A DNA stretch of 64,000 nt. Origin: an uncultured Clostridia bacterium (GTDB taxonomy: Bacteria > Bacillota > Clostridia > TANB77 > CAG-508). Location: assembly GCA_944393325.1 (NCBI GenBank), contig CALXZU010000003.1, positions 1,497 to 65,496 on the forward strand, in the 5' to 3' direction. The position numbers and the translations under genes were made by a program. The notes under the pieces are model-generated. The model worked only from the letters and a program-made list of their open reading frames with translations. It did not search any database and was not told where the DNA came from. This document shows, in pieces, positions 41,265-52,253 of this stretch (position 1 is the first letter of the stretch; every line of letters begins with the position of its first letter).

Positions 41265-42826
41265 ATGCTTGAGCAGATAGAAAAAACAATATATAAAGTA
41301 GCCATTTATATAAGGTTATCAAAAGAAGATGTAGATAGAGGCTATGATGAAAGCGAAAGTATCAAAAACCAAAGAACATTATTAACAAAATATGTAGAAA
41401 ATTTAGGATGGAATTATAAACTTATAGATATATATATTGACCAAGGATTTACGGGAACAAATTTTAACAGACCAGGTTTCCAACGAATGATAAAAGATAT
41501 AGAACTTGAAAAAATAAACATGGTTGTAACAAAGGATTTATCTCGTTTAGGTCGTGATTACATAGAAACAGGAGAATATATAGAAAAATGGTTTCCAGAA
41601 AAAAATGTTAGATATGTTTCTGTAACTGATGGTATAGACACTTTTGCAAATAACAATGGGAATAATGATATTGCTCCTTTTAAATCTATATTAAATGACA
41701 TGTATTCGAAAGATTTATCCAAAAAGATTAGGACAGCCTTACATACCATGCAAAAAGAAGGAAAATGGGTAGGTGGCAAAATTGCACTAGGATATATGAA
41801 AGCTCCAAATGATAAAAACAAATTAATTATTTGTGAGCCAGAAGCAAAAATTGTAAAGACAATTTTTAATATGGCAATTTTGCGGAAATCAAATAAGTTT
41901 AATAAGAGATTACTTAAATAACAACCATATCCCTACGGCAAGTCAGATAAGATACAATAAAGCAACATTTTGGGAAAACAAAACCATAAAAAATATTTTA
42001 AAAAATCAAATATATTGCCGGAACTACAGTACAAAATAAAAGAAGTAGGATAAATTATAAAAATAGAAAAATAAGGACAAATCCAAAAGAACAATGGAAT
42101 ATTGTAGAAAATACACATGAACCAATCATAGATAAAAAAACTTTTGATATGGTACAAAAAATGGTAATTGCTCAAAATTATAATCGAAATGAGAAGAAAT
42201 ATCATTTTTTATTAGACGGTTTGTTAGTATGTTATGAATGTAAGCATAAAATAGGTGTCAGAGCAAGGAAAAATGGAAGATTAGATATGATATGTAACAA
42301 TTATCGTAGAAACTCTAAATTAGGACTCTGCACATCACATGGATTTAATTATGACCAATTAGAAAAAATGGTATTAGAGTACATAAAAAAATTATTCCTA
42401 CAAATTGATAACAAAAAAATAGTATTGAACATAAAAAATAATATATCAAAATATGATTATGGAAAAATATTAAAGAAAATAGAAACAGAAATAAAACTTA
42501 TAAATGATAATATTGATAAAATGTATGTTGATAAATTAAATGGGAAAATTAGTGAAGAGATGTATGAAAGATTATTTAATAAATTAAAAGGTGAGATAAA
42601 ACAAAAAGAAGAGGAATATATTGGGCTAAAAAATGAACAAGAAAATAATTCATATGATGATGTAGACAGCATAAAAAAGTTGGTAAAGGATTTTTTAAAA
42701 TTTGAAAAACCAACACCAGAAATAATGAAGGTTTTTATAAACAGGATTGAAGTACATCAAAATAGACAGGTAGATATTATTTTTAATTTTAAAATAATAA
42801 ATCAGTTACTCAAAAATTTAGAGTAA
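41265..42826 (+). CDS. Large serine recombinase; needs +1 shifts at CGG 41883-41885 and 42019-42021
   Basis: The resolvase domain reads VAIYIRLSKEDVD...QRTLL...GFTGTNFNRPGFQRM...VVTKDLSRLGRD. The junctions read FNMAIL-G-NQISLIRDYLN and NQIYC-G-TTVQNKRSRINYK. It continues into the recombinase/zinc-ribbon region (LLVCYECKHKIG) and a coiled coil. 41883-41265=618; 42019-41884=135; 42826-42020+1=807. Confidence 0.85.
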
Positions 42827-42947
42827 GTGAAAAACATGAAATGTTAACTAAAAAACAAAAAAATAAAAATAAATAAGTTTTGTTAACAGACTAACAAAAT
42901 TTGACAACAAAAAACTAGAAGTGTATAATTATAAAGAGGTGAAATTT

Positions 42948-44153
42948 ATGATAAATAGAGAATTATATATTAACAAATTATTAGCTTATAAAGATACAGA
43001 ATTTATAAAAGTTATTACAGGTATTAGGAGATGTGGAAAATCCAGCTTATTAAAAATTTTCAAAGATGAAATATTAAAAGAAAATAAAAAAGCAAATATT
43101 ATATATATGAATTTTGAATCATTTGAATTTGATGATATAAAAAATTACAAAGAGATGTATGATTGGATAAAAGAAAGAACAAAACAAAATCAAAAAAATT
43201 ATATATTACTAGATGAAGTTCAAAGAATAACAGGATGGGAAAAAGTTGTAAATGCATTATTAATAGACATTGATAGTGATATTTATATAACAGGTTCAAA
43301 TGCGTATTTGTTATCATCAGAATTATCAACATATCTTACAGGCAGATACATTGAAATAAAAGTATTGCCATTGTCATTCAAGGAATTTTTAGATTTTACA
43401 GTTCTTGAGGATAATATAAGTATTGAAGATAAATTTATTGAATATGTAAAATTTGGAGGAATGCCAGGAATTATAACAATAAAAAATGAGTCTGACTTGT
43501 ATGAAAATGTTATAAAAGGAATATATAATACAGTGTTTATGAAAGATGTTATTGAACGAAACAAACTTGTAGATGGAAGTTTATTAGAAAAAATCTTAAA
43601 ATTTTTAATGAGCAATATTGGAAGTCAAATATCTTCTAAAAAAATTGCGGATTATTTAACAAGTCAAGGTACAAAAATAACACACAACACAGTTCTCAAT
43701 TATTTACAAATGCTTGAAAATGCATATATTATATATAAAGCTCCAAGATATGATATTAAGGGAAAGGAATTATTAAAAACGTTAGAAAAATATTATATAG
43801 TAGATACGGGCATAAGAAATGTAACATTAGGTTTTAGAAACTCAGATTTTGGTCATATTATAGAAAATATAGTTTATTTTGAATTGTTGCGAAGAGGATA
43901 TGATGTTACAATAGGAAAAACAGATGCACTAGAAGTTGACTTTATAGCAACAAAATTAAACGATAAAAAGTATTTTCAAGTAACGTATACAATGCTAGAA
44001 GAAAATGTAAAACAACGCGAATTAAATTCTTTAAGACAAATAAATGATAATTACGAAAAAATAGTTTTAACAATGGATAAATTATATAATAACACCTCGG
44101 AAGATGGCATTAAGATTAAATATTTAATAGATTGGTTATTAGGAGATGATTAA
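42948..44153 (+). CDS. AAA+ ATPase with DUF4143 domain (element cargo)
   Basis: Walker A GIRRCGKS and Walker B ILLDEVQ. Third paralog in the window. ATG follows AAGAGGTG. Confidence 0.75.
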   Translation: MINRELYINKLLAYKDTEFIKVITGIRRCGKSSLLKIFKDEILKENKKANIIYMNFESFEFDDIKNYKEMYDWIKERTKQNQKNYILLDEVQRITGWEKVVNALLIDIDSDIYITGSNAYLLSSELSTYLTGRYIEIKVLPLSFKEFLDFTVLEDNISIEDKFIEYVKFGGMPGIITIKNESDLYENVIKGIYNTVFMKDVIERNKLVDGSLLEKILKFLMSNIGSQISSKKIADYLTSQGTKITHNTVLNYLQMLENAYIIYKAPRYDIKGKELLKTLEKYYIVDTGIRNVTLGFRNSDFGHIIENIVYFELLRRGYDVTIGKTDALEVDFIATKLNDKKYFQVTYTMLEENVKQRELNSLRQINDNYEKIVLTMDKLYNNTSEDGIKIKYLIDWLLGDD

Positions 44154-44760
44154 GTGAAAAAAATGAAAACACTTTTTAAAAGACAATTTGAAAATCATAA
44201 AATAGCCAAATGTTTAAATGAAGTAGAACCTGAATGTCAATGGGTATTAGAACGGAGAAGGCTTTGCAACAGAAAAAATAGATGGGACATGTTGTTTAAT
44301 AAAGAATGGAAAAATTTATAGAAGATATGATTATAAAAAAGGAAGAACTCTACCACAAGGTGCAATTCCTTGTCAAGAGGCACTTGACCCAATAACAGGA
44401 CATTTTCCACATTGGCTTTTATGTACTGAAAATGACCCAAATGCTAAATATTATTTAGAAGCATTTGAAAGACAAAAAAATGATAATTTAGAGGAGGGAA
44501 CTTATGAATTAATTGGAAAACATATAAATGGAAATCCATATAATATAGATACAGATATTTTAGAAAAACACGGAAAGAGAATATTAGAAAATGTACCAAG
44601 GGATTATGAAGGAATAAAACAATATCTTGAAAATTATTATATAGAAGGAATTGTTTTTTATCGTGGTAATGGAGAAATGTGCAAAATAAAAAGAAGTGAT
44701 TTTGGATTTGAGTGGAATAGAAACAAAAATGTAAAAAATCACGGAATTATTAAAAATTAA
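44154..44760 (+). CDS. Small RNA/DNA-ligase-like nucleotidyltransferase (DUF5565-like); needs +1 shift at CGG 44253-44255
   Basis: Frame 0 reads ...CQWVLE, then CGG, and stops after 19 codons. The +1 frame (GGA 44254) reads GEGFATEKIDGTCCLIKNGKIYRRYD... with a KxDG adenylation-type motif, to the stop at 44760 (507 nt). It is not in the ORF track as a single ORF. Confidence 0.55.
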
Positions 44761-44812
44761 AATAAAAATGAGTTATTCGAAAAATTGAAATAACTGTCTA
44801 AATCAGAATCAA

Positions 44813-45110
44813 CCAGAAGGAATATCAATGGCAATACCTATGAAAAATGGTGGAATGAAGCCACTTAAAGTTATTATTTATGTGATTTTATCAGGGGTAA
44901 CAACAGGAATAGGAGCATTTTTTGGAGCAATTATAGGTTCTATTTCAGAACAAATAATTTCTATGTGTTTAAGTTTTGCAGCAGGAGCAATGTTATATAT
45001 AGTGTCTCGGAGAATTAATACCAGAATCAAACAGCTTATATCACGGTAGAATGACAGCAGTTGGTAATATGTTAGGTTTTATAATAGGCATATTTGCAAC
45101 GAAATTATAA
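44813..45110 (+). pseudogene. ZIP-family transporter, 3' part (after the insertion); itself needs +1 shift at CGG 45008-45010
   Basis: PEGISMAIPMKNGGMKPLK...AAGAMLYIVS, then CGG. The +1 frame gives GELIPESNSLYHGRMTAVGNMLGFIIGIFATKL, the typical ZIP C-terminus. 45110-45009+1=102. Confidence 0.75.
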
Positions 45111-45193
45111 AGAATATTAATCATTTTGTTGAAAAATTAAAAACTATAATTTATAATGACTATAAAGTTAGAATAATTGGAGGAAAAAGGCGT

Positions 45194-45658
45194 ATGAATA
45201 TAATGTTTGTATGCACAGGAAATATTTGTAGAAGTGCAATGGCACATCATTTATTAAAAAAAAGAATAGAAGAATTAAAAATGAAAAACGTAAAAGTATA
45301 TTCTTGTGGAGTAACAGCTTATAATGGTGAAAAATCTACTTGGGAAGCAATATATATTATGGAAAAATATTATAATGTAGATTTAAAACAACATAGAGCA
45401 ACCAATATCATAAATTCTAATATAGAGAAAATGGATTTAGTATTATGTGCAACCCAATATCATAAAGAAGATGTGTTAGAATTATATCCAAGTTTAAAAG
45501 GAAAAGTATTTACAATGAAAGAATATGTGAATTACGATGAAGAAAATCATAATAAAATAGGTATAAAAGACCCTTGGGGATATGATAAAGAAACATATAT
45601 AGAGTGTTCAAAAGAAATAAGTAAATGTATAGAATTATTAATAGAAAAAATAAAATAG
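45194..45658 (+). CDS. Low-molecular-weight protein phosphatase (LMW-PTP/arginine phosphatase family)
   Basis: The active-site loop is FVCTGNICRSAMA (CX5R-S), and a DPWG-type Asp loop is present. Confidence 0.8.
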   Translation: MNIMFVCTGNICRSAMAHHLLKKRIEELKMKNVKVYSCGVTAYNGEKSTWEAIYIMEKYYNVDLKQHRATNIINSNIEKMDLVLCATQYHKEDVLELYPSLKGKVFTMKEYVNYDEENHNKIGIKDPWGYDKETYIECSKEISKCIELLIEKIK

Positions 45659-45777
45659 AGAATAGAAACTATTCCAAAAAGGAGTAGTTTTTTTGTTAAA
45701 AAATTTCGTGTTTGCTTGTAAAAAAATATTAAAATTGGTATAATTGAAAAAGTCAAAAAAGAAAAGGAATGATAAAA

Positions 45778-48096
45778 ATGTCAGAAATATTAGAAGGATT
45801 AAACAATAAACAATATGAAGCCGTAGTAAATACGGAAGGCCCTTGCCTAGTAATTGCAGGAGCGGGAAGTGGTAAAACAAAAGTATTAACACATAAAATA
45901 GCATATTTAATAAAAGAAAAAGGGGTAAAACCATGGAATATTTTAGCAATAACTTTTACAAATAAAGCAGCAAATGAAATGAAAGAAAGAATAGTAGGGT
46001 TGGTAGGAGATGTTGCAGGAGATATCTGGATGGGAACATTCCATTCTATTTGTGTAAGAATATTAAGAAGGTTTATAGATAGAATAGGTTTTGAGACATC
46101 TTTTATAATATTTGATACATCAGACCAAAGAACATTAGTAAAAAACTGTTTAAAAGATTTAAAGATAGATGATAAATTATTTAATGACAGAAGTGTGTTA
46201 TCAGAAATTAGTAATGCAAAAAATGAAATGCTAACACCTAAAATGTATAAAGCAAGAGCAAATGGCGAATTTCGAAAAGAAAAAATCGCAGATATATATG
46301 AATTATATCAAAAAAGATTAAAAGAAAATAATGCAATAGATTTTGATGATATTATAAATTATACAATAGAAATATTACAAGATAATGAAGATATAAGAGA
46401 ATATTATTGTGGTAAATTTAAATATGTATTAGTAGATGAATATCAAGACACAAATAGATCACAATTTACATTAGTTACTATTTTAGCATCAAAATATAAA
46501 AATATTACAGCAGTAGGAGATAATGATCAAGGTATATATTCTTTTAGAGGTGCTGATATTTCTATTATATTAAACTTTGAAAAAGATTTTCCAGGAACAA
46601 AAATAATAAAATTAGAGCAAAATTATCGTTGTACAGGAAATATATTAAAAGCAGCAAATAGTGTTATTTCGAATAATGAAGTGAAATATAAAAAAGAATT
46701 GTGGACTGAAAACGAAGAAGGAAATTTACCGAAAGTATATCAAGCAGACAATGAATATGATGAGGCAAGTTATATAGTAGAACAAATAGAACATTTAAAA
46801 AGAGAAGAATATTACAAATATAATGATTTTGCTATTCTGTACAGAATGAATACACAATCAAGAGCAATAGAAGATATTTTAAGAAGAGAAAATGTACCAT
46901 ATAAAATAATAGGTGGTCTAAAATTCTATGAAAGAAAAGAGATAAAAGATATAATTGCATATTTAAGATTAATACAAAATCAAAATGATAATTTAAGTTT
47001 AAGAAGAATAATCAATGAGCCAAAACGTGGAATTGGAAAAACAAGTTTAGATAAGGTAGAAGCAATTTCTAACGAAACAGGAATTCCGATGTATGAAATA
47101 ATAAAAAAAGCAAATGAATTTGGTTTAAATAGAGTATTTTTAGCTTCAAGAGAGTTTATAAATGTAATAGAAGAATTAAAAGCAAAAAAAGATGAAACGC
47201 CTATTTCAGAATTAATAAAAGAAACTTTAAAGAAAACAGGCTATATAAAAGCTCTTCAAGATGAAAATACGATAGAGGCAGAAAATAGATTACAAAACTT
47301 AGATGAATTTTTAACAGTAGCAATAGAGTTTGAAGAAGAAGAGGCTGAAAATGGATTAAGTCAATTCTTAGAAGGTATAACTTTATCTAGTGATATTGAT
47401 GATTTAGAAGAAGGAGCAGATTTTGTAACATTAATGACATTACATAGTGCTAAAGGATTAGAGTTTCCAGTTGTATTTTTAGTAGGAATGGAAGAGGGAA
47501 TATTCCCAGGATATAAATCAATATCAGAGCCAAAAGAACTTGAAGAAGAAAGACGTCTATGTTATGTAGGAATAACAAGAGCAAAAGAACATCTATTTTT
47601 AACTTGTAGTAAACAAAGAACAATATTTGGTTCAACTAGTTATAATCAAATATCAAGGTTTTTACAAGAAATACCAGAAGAGTTACTTGAAGGTTATGAA
47701 GAGGCTTTTGGAGAAACTACTAATAAAGATAGAATGTTCAAAGATAGTTCTTATAATTGGACATATGGTAATAATGCTGGAAAAGTTAAAAGTTATAAAA
47801 TAGAAGAAAAAGAACCAGTGTTGGTAGGAAGCAGTAAAAAAGGCAACAATAATAATTTTATGTTTAGAACAGCAGAAAGTTTCTTAAGCAATTTAAATAA
47901 AAAGAAAAGTGAAAATAATGTTGATTTATCAAAATATAAGACAGGTGTAAGAATATTCCATAAGAAATTCGGAGAAGGTACAATAGATGGTGTAGAAGCA
48001 GAAGAGGACGATTTAAAAGTAGATATTAATTTTGATAAAGTAGGACATAAAAGATTAATGGCTAAATTTGCTAATTTAGAAATAATAAATAATTAG
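45778..48096 (+). CDS. pcrA: ATP-dependent DNA helicase PcrA (UvrD family)
   Basis: LNNKQYEAV, AGAGSGKT, TFTNKAA, VDEYQDTN, GDNDQGIYSFRGA, TLHSAKGLEF and VGITRA motifs. Confidence 0.9.
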   Translation: MSEILEGLNNKQYEAVVNTEGPCLVIAGAGSGKTKVLTHKIAYLIKEKGVKPWNILAITFTNKAANEMKERIVGLVGDVAGDIWMGTFHSICVRILRRFIDRIGFETSFIIFDTSDQRTLVKNCLKDLKIDDKLFNDRSVLSEISNAKNEMLTPKMYKARANGEFRKEKIADIYELYQKRLKENNAIDFDDIINYTIEILQDNEDIREYYCGKFKYVLVDEYQDTNRSQFTLVTILASKYKNITAVGDNDQGIYSFRGADISIILNFEKDFPGTKIIKLEQNYRCTGNILKAANSVISNNEVKYKKELWTENEEGNLPKVYQADNEYDEASYIVEQIEHLKREEYYKYNDFAILYRMNTQSRAIEDILRRENVPYKIIGGLKFYERKEIKDIIAYLRLIQNQNDNLSLRRIINEPKRGIGKTSLDKVEAISNETGIPMYEIIKKANEFGLNRVFLASREFINVIEELKAKKDETPISELIKETLKKTGYIKALQDENTIEAENRLQNLDEFLTVAIEFEEEEAENGLSQFLEGITLSSDIDDLEEGADFVTLMTLHSAKGLEFPVVFLVGMEEGIFPGYKSISEPKELEEERRLCYVGITRAKEHLFLTCSKQRTIFGSTSYNQISRFLQEIPEELLEGYEEAFGETTNKDRMFKDSSYNWTYGNNAGKVKSYKIEEKEPVLVGSSKKGNNNNFMFRTAESFLSNLNKKKSENNVDLSKYKTGVRIFHKKFGEGTIDGVEAEEDDLKVDINFDKVGHKRLMAKFANLEIINN

Positions 48097-48105
48097 AAGG
48101 AAAAA

Positions 48106-48669
48106 ATGTGTATGGAAAAGTTAATTGTAGATATGGATGATGTAATAACAGAAAATGGTTTTATTAGAATGATAAACGAGTTTTTATGTGCTAACTATAA
48201 ACCAGAAGATGCTAAAAGTTACTATATAAATGACCTTATCCCTAAAGATAGGTTAGATGAGTGGGTTAATTGGTATTCTACTAAAAATGTATATGATTAT
48301 GTGAATATGATAGAAGGTGCAAAAGAAACTTTAGAAAAATTAAATGAAAAATATGATTTATATATAGCAACAGCATATGTATTTCGTGATGCACCAAAAG
48401 TTTCAGGAAAAACTCTAAATGACAAATATAATTATTTAATGGAAAATTTACCATTTATAGACCCACATAAATTTATATTTATTTCTAATAAGGATTTATT
48501 AGAAGCAGATATAAGAATAGATGATAGCCCTAAAAAATTAACGGGAAAAGCAAAATTAAAATTACTTTTTACAGCATATCATAATAAGAACATTAGTGAT
48601 GAAGAATTAAGCAAAAATAATTTTATAAGAGTAGATAGCTGGAAAGATGTAGAAAAAATATTATTGTAA
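48106..48669 (+). CDS. HAD-superfamily 5'(3')-deoxyribonucleotidase-like protein (NT5C family)
   Basis: The DMDDV catalytic motif sits at the N-terminus, and the size and layout fit NT5C. Confidence 0.55.
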   Translation: MCMEKLIVDMDDVITENGFIRMINEFLCANYKPEDAKSYYINDLIPKDRLDEWVNWYSTKNVYDYVNMIEGAKETLEKLNEKYDLYIATAYVFRDAPKVSGKTLNDKYNYLMENLPFIDPHKFIFISNKDLLEADIRIDDSPKKLTGKAKLKLLFTAYHNKNISDEELSKNNFIRVDSWKDVEKILL

Positions 48670-48675
48670 AATATG

Positions 48676-48708
48676 CCTTCCTCTTAGTAGTTTGAGGAAG
48701 GTATTTTT
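48676..48708 (+). terminator. Rho-independent terminator
   Basis: CCTTCCTC-N10-GAGGAAGG followed by a T-tract. Confidence 0.7.
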
Positions 48709-48948
48709 GTGATTTTTGTAAAGAAATTGACAAAAGCAGTTTTTTATAGTATTATTAATATACTTTTTAATCTTATTTTTAAATTATATGGGTATTTCTT
48801 CCCACATTTCATTAGAAAATATTAAAAATGTAAGAAAGGATGTGATTAAGAAAGAAAAATAGAGAAAATTATATAAAAACAAACTACTTTACCAAAGAAT
48901 AAACATTGAATGTAGAATAAAAACATATTAAAATGGAGGTAGATATAA

Positions 48949-49953
48949 TTGAAGGAATTTACAGAAAAAGAGTTTTTTAGAGCAATGAACTTATTTCCTG
49001 GATTAATTAGTACTTTAAAATTTGCTGAAGAGAGTGAAGAATATAATTTTGGTGATATAGATGAAGAAGTAGAAATACATAATGAACATGATAAACTATA
49101 TAAAGCTATTTTAACTAGACCAAAGGAAATGGAATATGTAATAAGGAAAGTTACAAAAATACAAGAAGACTTAGACATAATACCAGTAAGAAACGAACTA
49201 ATTACGTTAGATTTTAGAGGGAAGCAAGCAGACATAATATATAAGCTAAGAGATAAAGAAGTTTATTTTTTATTAGAACATCAGTCAACACAAGATGAAG
49301 ATATGTCATATAGAGTATTAGAATATGAAACACAAATAATGAATAATAGTTTTACTATGCATGAATTTAAACAAAGATTCAAAGCAAAGGTAATAACAAT
49401 AGTGCTATTTACTGGAATAGGTGGCTGGAAAGGAGCAAAAAGTATAGTAGAAATACAAGAAAGGTTTGGATACAAAATAAATGCCACAGCTAACTATGAT
49501 GGAATAGGAGAGTATAATGTATTAGATATAAATAAATGTATAAAAGAAGAATTATTAAAAGATGACACATTATTAAGTAAAACAATGTTATTAGAAAAGG
49601 TAAGGCATGAAGATGAATTAATAGAAGTATTGGAAGAAATAATACCAACTATAAAAGATGATGAAAGAGCACAAATGATAGCGATAATAAGATATATTTT
49701 GCTAAAAGACTTAGGAAAAGAAGAGGCTAAAAAATTCATAAAAAAATTAGAAGGAGGAATAGATATGGGAGTATTTGTAAATGAATTAAGAATAAACAGA
49801 GAGAAAGAATTAGAAAAAATAAAAAGCGAAGGAAGACGTGATGGAGAAAAAACTGGAAAGTTAGAAACTGCTAAAAATATGCTTAAAGAAAAAATTGATA
49901 TAAGTTTAATAGAAAGAGTAACGGGATTAAAAAGAAATCAATTTATGAAATAG
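48949..49953 (+). CDS. Rpn/YhgA-like PD-(D/E)XK recombination-promoting nuclease / putative transposase
   Basis: The core reads ADIIYKLRDKEVYFLLEHQSTQDEDMSYRVLEY. TTG start. Confidence 0.7.
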   Translation: MKEFTEKEFFRAMNLFPGLISTLKFAEESEEYNFGDIDEEVEIHNEHDKLYKAILTRPKEMEYVIRKVTKIQEDLDIIPVRNELITLDFRGKQADIIYKLRDKEVYFLLEHQSTQDEDMSYRVLEYETQIMNNSFTMHEFKQRFKAKVITIVLFTGIGGWKGAKSIVEIQERFGYKINATANYDGIGEYNVLDINKCIKEELLKDDTLLSKTMLLEKVRHEDELIEVLEEIIPTIKDDERAQMIAIIRYILLKDLGKEEAKKFIKKLEGGIDMGVFVNELRINREKELEKIKSEGRRDGEKTGKLETAKNMLKEKIDISLIERVTGLKRNQFMK

Positions 49954-49981
49954 AAAAATAAAAAAGTATATTAAACGAATA

Positions 49982-50314
49982 ATAGAAATATTGGAAGAAA
50001 TAATACCAACTATAAAAGATGATGAAAGAGCACAAATGATAGCGATAATAAGATATATTTTGCTAAAAGACTTAGGAAAAGAAGAGGCTAAAAAATTCAT
50101 AAAAAAATTAGAAGGAGGAATAGATATGGGAGTATTTGTAAATGAATTAAGAATAAACAGAGAGAAAGAGTTAGAAAAAAAAATGAAAGAAGGAGAAAGA
50201 ACTGGAAAATTATCTGGAAAATTAGAAGATGCTAAAAATATGCTTAAAGAAAAAATAGATATAAGTTTAATAGAAAGAGTAACGGGATTAAAAAGAAATC
50301 AATTTATGAAATAA
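49982..50314 (+). repeat. Tandem duplicate of the last 333 nt of the Rpn-like gene (49621-49953)
   Basis: The DNA is near-identical across EEIIPTIKDDERAQMIAIIRYILLKDLGKEEAKKFIKKLEGGIDMGVFVNELRINREKELEK and the tail KNMLKEKIDISLIERVTGLKRNQFMK. A diverged 17-codon block lies between them. Confidence 0.85.
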
Positions 50315-50425
50315 AGATTATGTAGAAAGTATATTAAAATAAAACATTTAATATACTTTTCTTGTATAAAAAAATAAAATTTGTAAATAATATATTTAGA
50401 TTTTTAATGAAAGGAATGATTTATT

Positions 50426-50617
50426 ATGCCAGATTTAAATCAAATGGAATTACAACATTTAAGACATTTAATAGGAGCACATGAAACAACATATCAAAAA
50501 TTAAACACATATGCTTCTCAAGCAGTAGATCCACAGATTAAGCAAATGTTTACAAAATCTGCTCAGGATGCTTTAAACACTAAACAAAAATTAATGAGTT
50601 TTTTAGGAAATAATTAA
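50426..50617 (+). CDS. Spore coat protein F-like small protein
   Basis: 63 aa helical protein. It is paired with a second Coat_F-like ORF and has RBS AAAGGAATG. Confidence 0.45.
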   Translation: MPDLNQMELQHLRHLIGAHETTYQKLNTYASQAVDPQIKQMFTKSAQDALNTKQKLMSFLGNN

Positions 50618-50632
50618 AAGGGAGGAATTTTA

Positions 50633-50878
50633 ATGGACGAAAAAGTAATGGTAAATGATATTTTAGCGGGAGTAAAATCAGATTTAACAGCTTATCAAAC
50701 AGCTATTTCTGAATGTGAAAATATTGGGCTTAGACAAACTTTCCAACAAATTAGAAATAATGATGAGAGTTTCCAATATGAATTATTTAAAGTAGCTCAA
50801 AGTAAAGGATATTATATACCAGCACAAAAAGCTACTGTTACTGAGATTAATACTGTTAAAACAGAAATGCAAGGATAA
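50633..50878 (+). CDS. Spore coat protein (CotF/Coat_F family)
   Basis: VNDILAGVKSDLTAYQTAISECENIGLRQTFQQIRNNDESFQYELFKVAQSKGYY matches the Coat_F pattern. Confidence 0.6.
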   Translation: MDEKVMVNDILAGVKSDLTAYQTAISECENIGLRQTFQQIRNNDESFQYELFKVAQSKGYYIPAQKATVTEINTVKTEMQG

Positions 50879-51231
50879 GATAAAAATTATATTTCAAAAT
50901 AGCAATAAACTTAAAAGTATAAATTTAGGTTTTATATTGCTATTTTTTGTTGTTTAAAATAAAAATAAAAGAACATTATAATCAGACTAATAATCACGAT
51001 AATAGAAGAAAAAACAAGTAAAAAGGAAGGTTAGAAACATTTACGGAAAGATTAAAAAGCCATTGTGTTTTATTCAATTTTATTTAAAAAAACGAGATAA
51101 AACGAATAAAAAAGAGATAAAGTGAAAAAAACAGAGAAAACTTACGGAAATTGAGTTAAGAATATCTTTGCAAAAAAATAAATATTACAATATGATTACA
51201 ATGAATAAAAATACACAAAGGAGAGAAAGAA

Positions 51232-52245
51232 ATGTTTAAAAAAGTTTTAATACATACAAGAAGAGGAATAAAACTCACAATTCTTTTTGTAATTGCAACT
51301 TTTTTAATAATAGGAACAATTGCATTTTTATACAAACCAACATATAGTGTCTATATAGGAGGAGAGCAAGTAGGATATACAGAAGATAGAGCAGAATTGC
51401 AACATAGAATAAATGACTATGTAGATAACGGAGATGGAAATTCAAGTGTAGCATTTGTACAAGTAGATAAATTACCAGAATACAAGCTATGTTTGTTAAA
51501 AAAAGATATTGTAGCAAATGATGATGAAATATTTAATAAAATAAAAGAGCAAGGCGTAACATATTATAGATATTATGCTATAACAGATAATAATGAAGAA
51601 AAAGCATATGTAGGAACTTTTGAAGATGCAGAAAAAGTAGTAAATGATTTAAAAGCAAAAGATAGCTCAAATATGGAAACTGTTGCAATAGTAGAAAAGT
51701 ATGAAACAGAAATGAAAGATTTGATAACAGCAGATGAAGCAGTATCAAAATTATACATAGAAAAACCAAAAGTAATTACAGTAGCTAAAAAAAGTTCGTC
51801 AACAAAATATGCAGCAACAGGAAGTGTAAATACAAAGGGGACAACATCAAGTGCAAAAGCAAATATAGGAATATCATTAATAAAGCCAATATCAGGAGTA
51901 ATAACATCAAGATTTGGTGCATCAAGTAGTATTAGAAGATCATCACATACTGGGTTAGACATATCAGCGCCAAGTGGAACTGCAATAAAAGCAGCAGCAG
52001 GAGGAACAGTAACATTTTCAGGATATAAAGGCTCATATGGAAATATGTTAGTAATAAGTCATGGAAATGGGGTACAAACATATTATGCACACTGCAGTAA
52101 ATTATATGTAGGAACAGGAACACAAGTATCACAAGGGCAAACAATAGCAGCAGTAGGCTCTACTGGAAACTCAACAGGACCACATTTACACTTAGAAGTA
52201 AGAGTAAATGGAGTAGCATATAATCCACAAAATTATGTATATTAA
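51232..52245 (+). CDS. M23-family (LytM) peptidoglycan endopeptidase with N-terminal anchor
   Basis: HTGLDISAPSGTAIKAAAGGTV...GNMLVISHGNGVQTYYAHCS...GSTGNSTGPHLHLEV. Confidence 0.88.
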   Translation: MFKKVLIHTRRGIKLTILFVIATFLIIGTIAFLYKPTYSVYIGGEQVGYTEDRAELQHRINDYVDNGDGNSSVAFVQVDKLPEYKLCLLKKDIVANDDEIFNKIKEQGVTYYRYYAITDNNEEKAYVGTFEDAEKVVNDLKAKDSSNMETVAIVEKYETEMKDLITADEAVSKLYIEKPKVITVAKKSSSTKYAATGSVNTKGTTSSAKANIGISLIKPISGVITSRFGASSSIRRSSHTGLDISAPSGTAIKAAAGGTVTFSGYKGSYGNMLVISHGNGVQTYYAHCSKLYVGTGTQVSQGQTIAAVGSTGNSTGPHLHLEVRVNGVAYNPQNYVY

Positions 52246-52253
52246 AAATAAAA

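Larger units (their letters stand above)
39252..44825 (+). mobile_element. ~5.6 kb integrated element with large serine recombinase, inserted in the ZIP transporter gene
   Basis: A duplicated core is present: CCAGAAGGTATAT (39252-39264) and CCAGAAGGAATAT (44813-44825). Sub-terminal inverted repeats are AGTAGACAGTATTT (about 39270) and AAATAACTGTCTAAAT (44788-44803). Joining the flanks restores HDIPEGISMAIPMKNGG. Cargo: a Zn-ribbon/SHOCT protein, the recombinase, a DUF4143 ATPase and a ligase-like protein. Confidence 0.8.
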
